Shown: positions 35,900 to 50,092, counted from the whole stretch's first letter. The stretch: DNA of 63,075 nucleotides, filler included, from Octopus bimaculoides (GCF_001194135.2; 5 parts of 5 records of this genome joined end to end with filler, not necessarily neighbours in it); one strand, 5' to 3'. The notes: generated by a model from the letters alone, not told the origin. Translations and numbers: made by a program.

Positions 35900-36400
35900 T
35901 TTCATTTCACTTCTCACAGCTCTTGATTTCACTTAATTCTGTAAGAGCAGACAATGACCTGTTGTCAAGGATCCCGCAGGGTCCCTTTCCACGATACTTA
36001 ACACCCAAGATCCTCGCTGTCCCCAATAAAGCAGTTTTCTGAGCATGTTCTACTCTCATGTCAATCCCGATTTCGCCAACAAATTTCACAAATGGTTCTT
36101 AATGCTCCCAGCGCCCCTACAACTACTGGGCTGATAGTTACTCCCTCATACAATTTCACCTTTTCGTAGCTTGTGCTTTTCAGTCCTTTCTAACTTTTTG
36201 TCACCCATTCGTGCATCGACAGATATCGCAATATCTGTGATCTTGGTTTCATTCTTCCTCTTATCCAATTCGGCAATGTCTGATCTTCGAGCATTAATTA
36301 CTGAGTCACACTGAATTGTAAAAATCCCATAAGATCTTTTACTCATTATTCTCAGTGATGCCTTCTGGTTTATGTTCGTACCACTTCTGTGTCTTTTCAA
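35899..36400 (-). mobile_element. R4/Dong-like non-LTR retrotransposon 3' fragment (REL endonuclease) with (AAT)n tail
   Basis: FTIQCDSVINARRSDIAELDKRK.ETKITDIAISVDARMGDK...IGIDMRVEHAQKTALLGTARIL. Confidence 0.85.
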
Positions 36401-36561
36401 GACCGTATTTCTCACATAATGTCCAGTGAACGATCTTAGCTACATTATCATGCTTCATTTTTATACTCCTTTTGGGCCTGTTTGCTGCACTCACTCACAA
36501 TATGTGAGATTGTTTTGCTTTTACTACCACACACACAACAACAACAGCAACAACAACAACA

Positions 36562-36607
<46 letters not shown>

Positions 36608-38225
36608 ATTATTAAGGCAGCGAACTGGCAAAATCGTTAGCACGTCGAATAAAATGCTTAGCGGCATTTCGTCTGTCATTACGTTCTGATTTCAAATTCC
36701 GCTGAGGTCAACTTTGCTGTTGATCCATCTGGTGTCAATAAAATAAGTAACCATTGAGTACCGGGGGGGGGGGGTCGATGTAATTGACTGGGCCCCTCCC
36801 CACCCCATAACTTTCAGGCCTTGTATCTTTAGTAGAGAGGATTGTTATTTTTCATTCTAAATACACACCAAGATCGGAAGTACTCCACGGACTTAGCAAA
36901 ATCTGTGAAGTCCCAATGAGACACAGAATGTATTATCGACCCCAAAAAAGAATCACAAATGGACGAATCAATAAGCTCCGTGTCCCAGCTATCAAAAGTT
37001 GTACGATTTGTACATCGTCAGTTGTTTCATGTTATATTTTTGCTAATCTTGGAGACACTTGACTCTCAACGATTCATCCTAGCTGGTGCAAATTGGATAA
37101 AATGTTTTGACAGCGTGAATGACTAACTGCAGAGAAATATTCGTTCAATTTTCTGTATTCTCATTTTATACTTCATTCCATCTTTAATGGTTATATGGTT
37201 TACTTTCGACTCAAAGACTCTTGAAAACAAACAAGAACGTTTTAGTCTTAGCTAAAATGTCTTGCGGAATAAATTCCGTTGCTCTGTGTTCGAATCCCGC
37301 TGAGGTCAACTTTGTTTTTCATCCTTCAAAGGTCAATCAAGAACTGTACCAGTCAATACTTCTCTCTCTCTCTCTGTTTCTCTCTTTCCTTCCTCTTTCT
37401 CTCTCATTCTATCGGAATTGGCTACGGGCCGCAGGAGACTATAGACAGCGTTCTTTTCTTGAATAGAAAAGAAATGAGCGAGGTTTTAATAGCCTCTTGA
37501 CGGACTGATATACAGTAGGTGCTCCAGCATGACCGCAACTGCATGCTTGAAAGGAGTAAAAGAGTAAGACAACAACTGCATCGGAACATCCGAATATTGG
37601 ACTCGGGCAAACATTTCAATAATGACAACATTAGCATTATATTATTAGAAAATATACACTAGCGACGGCGTCTGTATTAATACCGGGTGGGGGGGAGTAA
37701 TCTTTATCCCCCCCCCCACTAAAACTTCCCTGCGGTAGATACTATGAGAGAAGCTCTCGTATCGAGTTTTTGGTGCAAAATGCATTCTTGTTTATATCTC
37801 TAGAAGGGAGATAAATCCCCGCTACCGCCAGCGCCAAGACCACCATATCACGTGATTTCGACATTGTTAGAAAGTGATGTGGCAGAAACGAAAGATGGAT
37901 TGATCGATGAGCCAAAGTAAAAGGTCTTTATGTGGCCACAAAATCCGTTAGAAATAGCAGCCATTTCTGGTTAAGATCTATTTTTTTCCTTCAACCCTAG
38001 GATCCATAAGTCCGGTTAACCGGTTTCTATGAGAAATAAGTAACCAAGATCACAACATTCACCTTAGAGTGTTTAAGTTTCCTTCCTTTATTTTAAGAAT
38101 TCAAATCTTGCACGGATCCACTTCAGTTTTGGATCAGGCTGATTCGGCAAAGGACAAGATATATACTAAGATTGATTTACTCAGTAATACATCTTTGTGT
38201 TTGTTTTTTGTTTTCTTTTTCCTTA

Positions 38226-38281
<56 letters not shown>

Positions 38282-38403
38282 ATGGTAATGGTGAAGGTTA
38301 AATCGAGCGAGATTTAAATCCAGAAAATCGAGAGACGAAACTAAATACTGTTGTACTTAGTTCTGTGTGCCACCATTTCTGCTTCTTCCCCACGTTTCTT
38401 ATA

Positions 38404-38437
<34 letters not shown>

Positions 38438-38987
38438 NNNNNNNNNNNNNNNNNNNNNNNNNNNNNNNNNNNNNNNNNNNNNNNNNNNNNNNNNNNNNNN
38501 NNNNNNNNNNNNNNNNNNNNNNNNNNNNNNNNNNNNNNNNNNNNNNNNNNNNNNNNNNNNNNNNNNNNNNNNNNNNNNNNNNNNNNNNNNNNNNNNNNNN
38601 NNNNNNNNNNNNNNNNNNNNNNNNNNNNNNNNNNNNNNNNNNNNNNNNNNNNNNNNNNNNNNNNNNNNNNNNNNNNNNNNNNNNNNNNNNNNNNNNNNNN
38701 NNNNNNNNNNNNNNNNNNNNNNNNNNNNNNNNNNNNNNNNNNNNNNNNNNNNNNNNNNNNNNNNNNNNNNNNNNNNNNNNNNNNNNNNNNNNNNNNNNNN
38801 NNNNNNNNNNNNNNNNNNNNNNNNNNNNNNNNNNNNNNNNNNNNNNNNNNNNNNNNNNNNNNNNNNNNNNNNNNNNNNNNNNNNNNNNNNNNNNNNNNNN
38901 NNNNNNNNNNNNNNNNNNNNNNNNNNNNNNNNNNNNNNNNNNNNNNNNNNNNNNNNNNNNNNNNNNNNNNNNNNNNNNNNNNNNNNN

Positions 38988-39022
<35 letters not shown>

Positions 39023-41781
39023 CAGTAAAGGCAAGTGGCCTAGTGGTTAGAGTGGTTGCGCTCATGGTCGCGTGATTGTGATTTCGATATCCAGACCGGG
39101 CAGTATATTTTCTTCTTGTGCAAAATACTTAATTTCATGTCGTTCCAATTTCACTAAACTATGAATGAATAACACTGGGACGGACTGATGTTGTCTCCTC
39201 GGTCACTTATATTCCGTGAAAACAAGGCAGTCAGCTCTAAGAGACCCGAGACAGAAATGTCCAGGAGTTGATGAGGCTTAAAATCATTATAAAAGAATAA
39301 ATCAAATGCAGTGTGGATAATGGTTTCTGATTTAGGTGCATAGATCCTTGTACTAGACTGTTACTTTATTTTATTGACCCCCAGAGGAATGAAAGGCAAA
39401 ATTGACCATGATCAGATTTGAACTTAGAATGCAAAGATCCGGGAGGAATACCGCAAGATATTTTTTCCGCCTCCATAAAGCTCGCTGCTGTTAATGGTTT
39501 CTGATTTAAACACAAGACCATCAAAATTTAAGACAAGAGGTAATTCGATGTCATCGATTCTAGTTCTTCGACTTGTACTTCATTATATCGACTCCGAAGG
39601 CTGATATCGTCGGAATTTGAACTCAGAACGTAAGAAAAAACAGATCAATGATAACAAATTTCAGTTTAAGAACAAATTTCCCAAAGGAATTACTAAATTT
39701 TCTTCTGGAATCCCGAAGGAAAATACCTCCCCAAGTTAAGAATTATGGCGTTCTTCGTAGTTAAGGCTTTGAACAACCTTCTCATGAGCCATGATTTTAA
39801 ATTTATTGCCAGTGTTTCGATTTGTTTCTAGCAAGATCATTTTACTTCACACGCTTGTTTGTATCGATGTCATGCATCAATATCAGGTCTTCGGCAAAAA
39901 GAACTCGTAAGATGGTTTTCGAGTCGCCGTTGAAACGTAAACGGTGAGCTTGTGGCTGAACAAATAATTCGCAAGTAAGCTACGACAGCGGTTAACTGAT
40001 CTGCAACAATGGATAATAAAACTAATGCGAGTATAAGCAGCAGATAACGACAGAAACTGCTATCATTGCGATCGTCGAAACCCAATGCTGATCCGTAATT
40101 ATCGCTTGATTTCTTGGGATAAAATATATTATCTCTTAATATATTACTTTCAGAAAATGGGTGAGCTAGCAGAATCGTTAGCACGCCGGGCAAAACGCTT
40201 AGCGGCTTTTCCTCAATCTGTACTTTCTAAGTTCAAATTCCACCGAGGTCCATTTTGCTTTTCATTATTTCGGATTGATAAATTAGTATCGGCTGACCAC
40301 TGGGATTGATGTAATCGATTTCCTCTATGAAAACTGCTGGCCTTTTGCCAAAATTTAAAACCTTTATATTACGTTCGGAAAATGGGCAAGCTGGCAGAAT
40401 TGCTACTGCACCGGGTAAAATACTGAGTGGCATTTCTTCCGCCTCTATACATTCTGAGTTCAAAAGCCGCTAAGGTAAACTTTGTCTTTCATACCTTACT
40501 TCTGTCGATAAAATGAGTACCAACTGAGCATTAAGTTCAATGTAATCAATTTTCCCCTGCTTCTAAAATTTTGGGCTATATGCTAAAATTTGAAACAACG
40601 TATTATGTTCAGAGAAAGCATATTTAAGTGTAGAATGTAATGCAGATACATTGCGACGATAGACTTGCTAAACTCTATTTGAAAAAAGTTCTCTGCTGGC
40701 TGAATCAAAAGACTGACCGACAACCAGCCGTGTGGAAATTGGACGGTTCATATTCTCTCATTAGGTCTTCTTTCTGAGTTCAAATGCTGTTGGGTGTGGC
40801 TTTAGTTTTCTCACTACTGCAAATTAAGGACAATGCATTTGCTTTGTATGTAGAAAGGTACATAGCACTCAATGTACCAATCTATCAGCTATACTGTTTT
40901 GTCCAGGATCTACCCCAGTTGAAGAAACATATTATGAACGACGTTCTAATTGCGATCATTTCGTATTTTCTCCAGATATAGTGCATTTACGACTAAATTA
41001 TCAAACGTGTCAAGCTGTCCTTATATTCTCTCGTTGAGAGTGTACTACTAATTCGCCATGACCAGCGTACTGACACTTAAAAAAGTCTGTCGTATATTTA
41101 TCTATGTGTGTGTGTTTTTGTGTCTGTGTTTGTTTCCCACCAATACAGTGTTGGTGTCTTTACGTCCCTGTAACTCGGCGGTTCAGCAAAAAATGACCGA
41201 CAGAATATGTACCAGGCTTTAAAAAATAAGTACTACGGTCGATTCGTCGATTCGTCGATTCGTTCGACTACAATTCTTCAAGGCAGAAGGAAGTTATCGT
41301 ATTCCATAGTTAGTGTACGCGTAGATGCCCAACGTCCGAAAATCGATCATTTATTTATTTATTTATTTTTATTTAATTTTATTTATTTTTTTGTGATCGT
41401 AATTGCAGATGGTCGTAAATCGCATAGGTCGTAAGGAGAAGGTGTATATCTCTGTCTGCTTACGATTACACAGGCACCTAAAGCGTGGCCGCAATCTAAT
41501 GAGTGAAGCAAGTAAAAGATAAATTAAGAAATAATCTTTTTTTTTTTTTTGGAGCAGTCGATCTCGAAGTACATAAAGCTATAATAGCAAGTAAATATTG
41601 GATTGAATAACCTTTTAGCTTAGAAAAATTCAAAGGCTGCCTGTGAGAATTGAACCTACATCTGTACTTTATTTGTTGTTTTAGTCCTCACAATTAAAAT
41701 CAGCGCTGGTGCAGTTCTGTTCTCACCCGTGACTTATATACTGTATGTTTTGCTCGTTCAAAGCATGGAGGGCCGATAGTA

Positions 41782-42109
41782 CACCTCCTCGACTTACGAC
41801 CGAGTTCCGTTCCGATTGACAGGTCGCAAGTCGTATGTCAGATTTATATTTTTCAACACTACTTTTATTCACACGCAGCTGGTGCTTGAAAGCGACTGAG
41901 TAAGAGACAGTGGCGGGCAGTGAGATGCCTGGGTCTGTGGGAGGCCTGCGTAGCCAGATGCTGCCATAGTTACCGTACGCGTAGATGCCCAACGTCCGAA
42001 AATCGGTCATTTATTTATTTATTTATTTAGATTTAATCTTTTGTGGTCGTAAGCGCAGATGGTCGTAAGTCGCATAATCGTAAGTCGCATAGGTCGTAAG
42101 GAGAAGGTG
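41782..42109. mobile_element. Tigger/pogo-like MITE
   Basis: TA-flanked TIRs cacctcctcgacttacgacc / ggtcgtaaggagaaggtg; subterminal tcgtaag repeats. Confidence 0.65.
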
Positions 42110-45100
42110 TATATCTCTGTCTGCTTACGATTACACAGGCACCTAAAACAATCAGCGAAATCATGGTACATGTTTCCAAGCCATACAGTAGCCTTAAATT
42201 TGTTTATATCCGAGTCAAACAGACATTCCAGCTGAAATCGTTTCATCTTTTAGGGGAGGTCATTTATACCAACTTTACCTAATTGTGTCCTTCAAGATTT
42301 TAACAGTGTGGTGTGATAACGAAGGAGATTTAGCTGCTATGTCTAGCGAGTCAAGTGACCATGTACAGGCTCTTTCGTGGTCTTGTTCAATTGTTAGTTC
42401 TGACAGACGAGCAATTTCACATCATCCGATAAAGTAATGTATTACAAGTTAAGAGAGATATGATCCTTTCTACTATAGGCACAAGGCCTGAAATTTGAGG
42501 GGACGGCGAAACGATTTCATCGACCCCAGAACACAATTGGTACTTATTTCATCGACCGCGAAAGGATGAAAAGCAAAATCGACCTCAGTGGGATTTGAAA
42601 CCAGAATGTAAAGACAGACGAAATGCTGCTAGGCGTCTTGTCCGGTGGGCTAACGATTCTGCCATCTCACTGCCGTTTGGTTAAAAAGCGACATAATGTA
42701 AGAATGTTGTAAATAGTTTAATAAATAAATAAATAAATAAAATCCTTTGAAATCACGAACTCATCTTGTCGGGGGTTCACCTTCTTAGCTTCCTTAATAG
42801 AACATCTGAAATATCTACTTTTCCTCAGAGACTTGTAAATGTTTTGCAACTCTTTCTGTATTATAAACTTCACTTTGAACAACGAGAAGTGGGTAGAGGC
42901 TTTTTCTACGTAAGAAAAAAAAAATACACGAGAAAGTATTTAAGTGTAAGAAAAACGCACAAAATAAAAATTTTGCATAATACCCTTTTCAACACTCGTA
43001 AAACAAACCCCTGAACGTCTAGAAAGGTATACGCTACGTAAATATTTTCACNNNNNNNNNNNNNNNNNNNNNNNNNNNNNNNNNNNNNNNNNNNNNNNNN
43101 NNNNNNNNNNNNNNNNNNNNNNNNNNNNNNNNNNNNNNNNNNNNNNNNNNNNNNNNNNNNNNNNNNNNNNNNNNNNNNNNNNNNNNNNNNATATATATAT
43201 CATACATGTAGATAAACGATTGCGTGTATATGAAGTGAATGTATTACCATTTATATATGCGCAAAAAAAAAAACGTTGCAGTTATTTCAGAGACGTGCTG
43301 TCTGGGCTGGTAAAATACACATTCTGCCTAGATTAAATCTGTAATAAGTTAATTATTGAATATTAAATTATATGAATATTAAATTAAGAAAAGTAAATGA
43401 TTTCTAATTCCTTATAAAGTACGTGGAATTTAGTATTTAATTCAATAATTAACTAATCATTTGATGTTAGATAAGTTCAGTTTCTCTCTGCATTTCGCCC
43501 TCAGTGTATAGTGGGGTATGCGTAACGCTATTAACACCTACCACCGCCGTATAATAAGTAAAGCAGCAGAATTCATTAAATGTAGTGTCATGAAGACAGG
43601 AAATTTTCTGCTTTTGTTTAAGTATCACTACAGAGCAAAGCATATGAGCAACTGTGTTGCATTACGTGTGTTGTTGCCGATTCAGGGGAGTGTGGCTGTG
43701 TTGCTAAGAAGCTTGCTTCCCAGCCCTGTGGTGTTGGGTTCAGTTCCACTGTGCGATGCCTTGGACAAGTATCTTATACTATAGCCCCGGGCCGACCAAA
43801 ATCTTGTGAGCGAATTTAGTAGATGATTTCTTCAAGTATAGTTCAATATGTAAGTGTGAGGGTGCGTATGGGTGCAGAATAGCCAGAAAATCTTGGAAAA
43901 TGTTATAAAATTACAGATGTTTAGTCGCAGTGATTCCAAACATCCAGTATATTTATTCAGTAGAAAACAAATCACTGTGTCGAACAGACAACCGGATGTT
44001 GCGAAACATCACTGGTCACAATGCGCTTCCCATTGTTTTAACTTTCGAATGGCACTGAGGCAAGCAGGCCAATATTCCTCTTGATCAGGAGACTATTGCG
44101 TCACATGGTTACTCATTTACAGATCAGTGAACTGGAACAACGTGAAATGAAGTGTTTTGCTCAAGAACACAACATACCATCCGCTCTGGGAATTGACCCC
44201 ATGATCCAGCCGAGCAAGATAGGGTTCCAAACTGGTGATGCAAATTCTAAGTGTTGAATCTCTTTCACAATTCACAATAATGATTTTTATTACTTATATT
44301 CTTGCCTCAGTTCATCTATTTGTATATATCTATCGTTACTTTTCATAAAAAGCCTTTACGTTTTTTGATTTCCAGTGTGTATTTTCGCTTATTTTTCTTA
44401 TTTTCCCCTTACATTTCCACGAGTAGTTTCTATTTTCTTTTTGTAACATATCTCTATTATATATATATATATATATATATNNNNNNNNNNNNNNNNNNNN
44501 NNNNNNNNNNNNNNNNNNNNNNNNNNNNNNNNNNNNNNNNNNNNNNNNNNNNNNNNNNNNNNNNNNNNNNNNNNNNNNNNNNNNNNNNNNNNNNNNNNNN
44601 NNNNNNNNNNNNNNNNNNNNNNNNNNNNNNNNNNNNNNNNNNNNNNNNNNNNNNNNNNNNNNNNNNNNNNNNNNNNNNNNNNNNNNNNNNNNNNNNNNNN
44701 NNNNNNNNNNNNNNNNNNNNNNNNNNNNNNNNNNNNNNNNNNNNNNNNNNNNNNNNNNNNNNNNNNNNNNNNNNNNNNNNNNNNNNNNNNNNNNNNNNNN
44801 NNNNNNNNNNNNNNNNNNNNNNNNNNNNNNNNNNNNNNNNNNNNNNNNNNNNNNNNNNNNNNNNNNNNNNNNNNNNNNNNNNNNNNNNNNNNNNNNNNNN
44901 NNNNNNNNNNNNNNNNNNNNNNNNNNNNNNNNNNNNNNNNNNNNNNNNNNNNNNNNNNNNNNNNNNNNNNNNNNNNNNNNNNNNNNNNNNNNNNNNNNNN
45001 NNNNNNNNNNNNNNNNNNNNNNNNNNNNNNNNNNNNNNNNNNNNNNNNNNNNNNNNNNNNNNNNNNNNNNNNNNNNNNNNNNNNNNNNNNNNNNNNNNNT

Positions 45101-47389
45101 ATATATATATATATATAATTAATAGTTTTTTAATCGACAGAACGCTTTTGTAACTTTCTGCTGATTAACCATCTGCCTATCTATCTCTCTGTATTTATTT
45201 CTCACTCATCAATAAATTAGTTTCCGATCGGAATCGAAGCATCTGCTTTGCTCAGAGTATCGTTATCCCCTTTCATGTTCCTTGAGTTTTATTGCTAATT
45301 TTTCCTTAATCAACATTTCTACGGTACTTGTCTTTTCGCTTTTTCATTGGTGTTTTTTACTTGTTGATGTAATGAAAAATTGAACGGAATCACTTATTTT
45401 CTTTCTGTTTTTGTTGTTTGTTTTAACGTTTGCCTCAGTTTTTTTTCATATCTTATGAGTAAGTTTGAGGATGTACGAGGATGTATGTATATATATATAT
45501 ATATATAATACAAAGTAAAAGGGATTACTAAATCCAGTCAGATACCCATAAAGCACTCAGTATTAAACGAATTTGGTTAGCTGTATCTAACAATCAGATA
45601 CCTATAAATACAAGTAGAATTAACATCCAAGGTAATTCTTCATGTATGACAAGTAAACCTAGATATCACTCAGAAGAATCTCAAGAAATCCGGAGTATAA
45701 GACAACACGAATAAGAATACACCGAAAATTGTACAAAAAACAAAAGAAGCAACAAATAAGGTCTATTAATTTGACGCTCGGGAAAAATGAAAGAATCTTT
45801 GACGTTTTGAGTCTACTTTCTTCTTCTACAGAAGATATATATATATATATTCTAGCGGGTTAGATGTCCTATTATGGACATCTCTCTTATGTGTTTAAAT
45901 GTACACAGTATGTATTTATATGAATAATATATAGTCTATTGACTTGTTTTTTTTCTCTCGCTAGACCATTGGTAGCAAATAGAATTTCTAAATTTTTTTG
46001 CTACCCTGAGATTTATTAATAATGAAATAGTGATTTTTTTGGCTAATTTCTGAAAGAAAATCGGCATTTTTTGTATTTGCTGCCAATAACAAAAAACCGC
46101 ACATGCGCGGTAGATATGAATAGTTATAACATATAAGCACGGGTCATGTTTCTAAGTGTTGCCTCGTATTTATGTGTTAATCTTGACTTTCCTGCTGATG
46201 ATAGCTGGCCTAGCAAATCATTTTATTTTGCTGAAAATAGCTTGAAACCTTGTGGTTTGGAGTTTAACTGCTCCTTCTAGCGGGTTAGATGTCCTACTAT
46301 GGACATCTCTCTTATATGTTTAAATGTACACTGTATGTATATATATATATATATNNNNNNNNNNNNNNNNNNNNNNNNNNNNNNNNNNNNNNNNNNNNNN
46401 NNNNNNNNNNNNNNNNNNNNNNNNNNNNNNNNNNNNNNNNNNNNNNNNNNNNNNNNNNNNNNNNNNNNNNNNNNNNNNNNNTATATATATGTATATTAGT
46501 GAAGGCTAAGTCGTTAGGGTATTCAGCTGCTCACGATCACAAGGTCGTGTATTCGATCCCCGGTGACGCGTTGTGTCCTTGAGCAAGATACTATTTCACG
46601 TTGCTCCAATCCACTCACCTGGCAAAAATGAGTAGTATGTGTCATCCAAAGGGCCAGCCTTGTCACACTCTGTGTCACGCTGGATCTCCTTGAGAGTTAC
46701 GTTAAGGGTACGCTTGTCAGCGGAGTGCTCAGCCACATGCAAGTTAATTTCACGAGCAGGCTGTTCCGTTGATCGGTTCAGCTGGAAACTTCGCCGTCGT
46801 CAGCGACGGAGTACCAGTGATAGATAGATAGATAGTGCCTAAACTTTGAGTCAAAGCAGATCAATACGTTAGGGCGCCAGTTACAACAACGACGACACGC
46901 CACTGATGGCTGTTGTCGTTATGTTGTTAATAGTTTGACTTGACAATTGCAAGATGAAGTCAATGATTACAACTAAATGATCAATTGGTTTACTGATTTG
47001 TATTTTGTTTGATCATTGGCTTGGTGTGTTCATATAAACTAATTGGCAGATTGCAAGAGTTTTCTTTAATGACTAGTCAAACTAATGAAGGCGTGTGATG
47101 TAGTGATTAGCGTGCTGCACACACGATCGTGGGATCGCTGGTTCGATTGCCGGACCGGACGGCGCGTTGTGGTTTTGAGCAAAACACTTCATGACACGCT
47201 GCTCTCCGATATCCGACGTAATACACACCGTGCACCTGCACAGGTAATTTTGAGTCAATCCAATGTTAAGTTAGTGTAAGGTGCGTATATAGCAGTCTAC
47301 TAGTCCGATGTCTAATGCAATGAAACAATGTGGTTTTTAATAAACTTGTTTTTATTTATTAATTAATTAACTGAGGAATTGATTCATTT

Positions 47390-47733
47390 ACAATTGCAGC
47401 GTGGAAGGTTTTTATAAGCCATTTAAGAAACACACAAAAACCGTTAGATTCACTTCAACATTTAAATTTAATTTGTCAAAATATTTTCGTCGCTTTGAGA
47501 CCGCGACCTGTTCACTGACAAAATTCTGTGCTGCACAGAATTTTGCAGCACAGAATTTTGTCAGTGAAAAGCGACGAAAATATTTTGACAAATTAAATTT
47601 AAATGTTGAACTGAATCTGACGGCTTTTGTGTGTTGTTTTAAATGGCTTATAAACACCTTCCACGCTGCAATTGTTTTCGTTCCAGCACACAATCTCAGA
47701 TCAGGTCACTTGCTATGCAAGTACATCTCCGTG
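47390..47733. mobile_element. Family C element: two head-to-head copies forming an about 285-bp fold-back
   Basis: Inverted arms 47390-47545 and 47545-47675; the right copy continues to 47733 and lacks 15 nt of the ribozyme motif. A single copy lies at 29549-29748. Confidence 0.8.
47472..47522 (-). ncRNA. Candidate type-I hammerhead ribozyme variant with G3:C8 core (family C)
   Basis: tttgtca / GTGAACA / g / gtcgc-ggtctcaaa-gcgac / GAAA / atat / T T / tgacaaa. Confidence 0.5.
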
Positions 47734-48702
47734 ATTCATTTACGTAATTCAGAAACTTTGCTCGTCTCTCTCTTGCTTCATCTTCAATTACTTTTCTTCG
47801 ACTGAATCATTTTTTAAAAAATATTTTATTTGTTTATTCGTTCATGTTTACTCTCAGTTTCTCGATTTCACTTACCTTATCGTTTCTCTAATTCGTCATC
47901 TGTTTCTCTCTTTCTCTCTGTCTCATTCTCCCTCCATGTCACTCTTTCATTTACACATTGTTCCTGTCTCTCTCTGTCTCCGCCCCTCTCCCTCTTCCTT
48001 TCTCCTACTTTCTCCACACACACTCTTTCTTTTTCCTTCATTTTCTCTCTCTCTCCCCCTCCCACCCTCACACATTGTTCCTGCATCTCTGTCCCTTCCC
48101 CCTCTCTCTTTCTCTTTCTTGCTCTCTCTCTCTCTCTTTCATTTACACATTGTCCCTATCTATCTGACTCTCTGTGTCTCTGTATCGTTTTACCTCTAGC
48201 TCATTGTTGGGTTTTATCTTCTATCATCTTCGCTTACTTAAGTCACTGGACTGCGGCCATGCAGGGACTTCGTCCGGAAGGGTTTTAGTCGAACAAACTG
48301 ACTTTAATATTTGTATTTTTTGAAGTCTAGCATTTATCATACATCTTTGCTGAACTGCTAACTTCCTGAAACGGTGGGTCGGTGATGAGCGACACTCCAA
48401 CACGCACACGCGTGCGAAACAGGCTTTCATACAGTTCCTGTTTACCAAATTCACACACAATGATTTGGCCAATCCGGAGCTCTAGTAGAAGATATTTGCC
48501 CAAGGTGCCGCGCAGTGGGATTGAACCTCAGAACTCGTAATTGCAAATCAAGCTTCTTAACCACAGATCCATGCCTTCGCCTAAACACACATACACATAT
48601 ACATACATCCGTACATATATATACATATATACAAAATATACATATGTATATATATATACATACATACATACATACAAAATATACATATGTATATATATAT
48701 AC

Positions 48703-48735
<33 letters not shown>

Positions 48736-48799
48736 CATATGTATATATATACACATGTATATATATATAGATATATTGCATCTCACATAATATATACTT

Positions 48800-49140
48800 T
48801 ACACTCGCCATAGAATATATTTTTTATTCAACCTTTTTTATATATATATTTCATATATTACATATATTTATCATATTACTCATAAATTTTATATATATCA
48901 TATATTTCATATATTTAATACATTTCACATATTTCATAATTTTATTCATATTTTTTTCGATATATTCATATATTTCATATATTCATAATTAAATTCATAA
49001 TTACTTCATATATTTCGCATACTCATATATTTCATATATCCATAATTTTATTTATAATTATTTTTATATATTTCACATATTCATATATATCATATATTTC
49101 ATATATTCATAATTAAATTCATTATTTTTATATATTTCTC
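48800..49140. repeat. AT-rich degenerate minisatellite (catatatttcatat / ttcataatt variants)
   Basis: Visible periodic repeat. Confidence 0.75.
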
Positions 49141-49699
49141 CTCACAATCTTCACTAAGTGGAATTGTGCTTTAAAAGAAAAGCACCGTCAATGGTAGACT
49201 GTGTGCGTTGTTACGTTTAGTGCCGCTGTAGTTTTTCGAACATTGTTTGGGTAAGCTTGTTAATAGTGTAGCGTATCTGAAAAAGACGAGCAAAAGAAAG
49301 CGTAAGTCATTGACATATTTTACAGGAATTTAAATAACAAACTCACAAATATGCGCATGCGCATGCACAGACATATATGCGCCTGTGTACACACAGATAC
49401 ATAAATATATGCATATCCGTATGTGTCATAGGTATACATATATATACATTGTATTTCGACTGTCCGATTTCGCGTTCGGCATGAGCAAATGATCTTTATA
49501 TATTGCATTCAAAATTTACTTTCATCGATTATCAATCGCAGAAACGTGTGTGTAATCGATGAAATAAAGAAATATCGAATTCATCCTTTATGTTTTTCTC
49601 TCATAACAGATGTGGTTTTTATATCACGTAATAGCCCTATACGTGTCACATAGAACATTATTGGATCACGCATCAGATGGAGTTTAATGTGAATATTGT

Positions 49700-50092
49700 T
49701 AAGAGCTGCAACTAACAGGTAATATTTTTTTTCAATGATTTAAGTTGCATTTTACTTATGATAATTTTGTGTGAGCCTAAAATTTTGTTCATTATTTTAT
49801 CTCCTGTGAGGATGGGTAGATTTTGGATGATAACGTTAAAGGCTTCCTTGTTTCTAGGTCTATGTGTGGAGATGTATGGGAGTATTTTTAAGTCTGGTTT
49901 AGTATTTCGGTTGACTTCTCTTAATGTTCGTATGTCTATTTCCTTAGCTCCGCTTAATTCCATCATTTATTAAAGATATTGAGTAATGCCTTTTGATTAG
50001 TATTGATCTGAGTTCAAAGAGTCTTCGTTCACGAGTATAGGAGTCCGAAACTATGGTACAGATTCTTTTCGCCAGATTAAAAAGTATATTAA
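49700..50092 (-). mobile_element. Penelope-like element fragment (RT thumb to endonuclease linker)
   Basis: NLAKRICTIVSD...RERRLFELRSILIKRHYS..LINDGIKR then PYISTHRPRNKEAFNVIIQNLPIL..D..M..IL..HKII.SKMQLKSLKK. Confidence 0.78.

Noticed and set aside
45795-45835. Hammerhead-like ctgtaga...aaaacgtc on the minus strand
   Set aside because: A6 and G12 are both substituted and helices are poor; at most a dead relic.
46883-46927. Small hairpin as pre-miRNA
   Set aside because: Arms of only about 15-20 bp with a 4-nt loop, built from aac/gtt low-complexity repeats.
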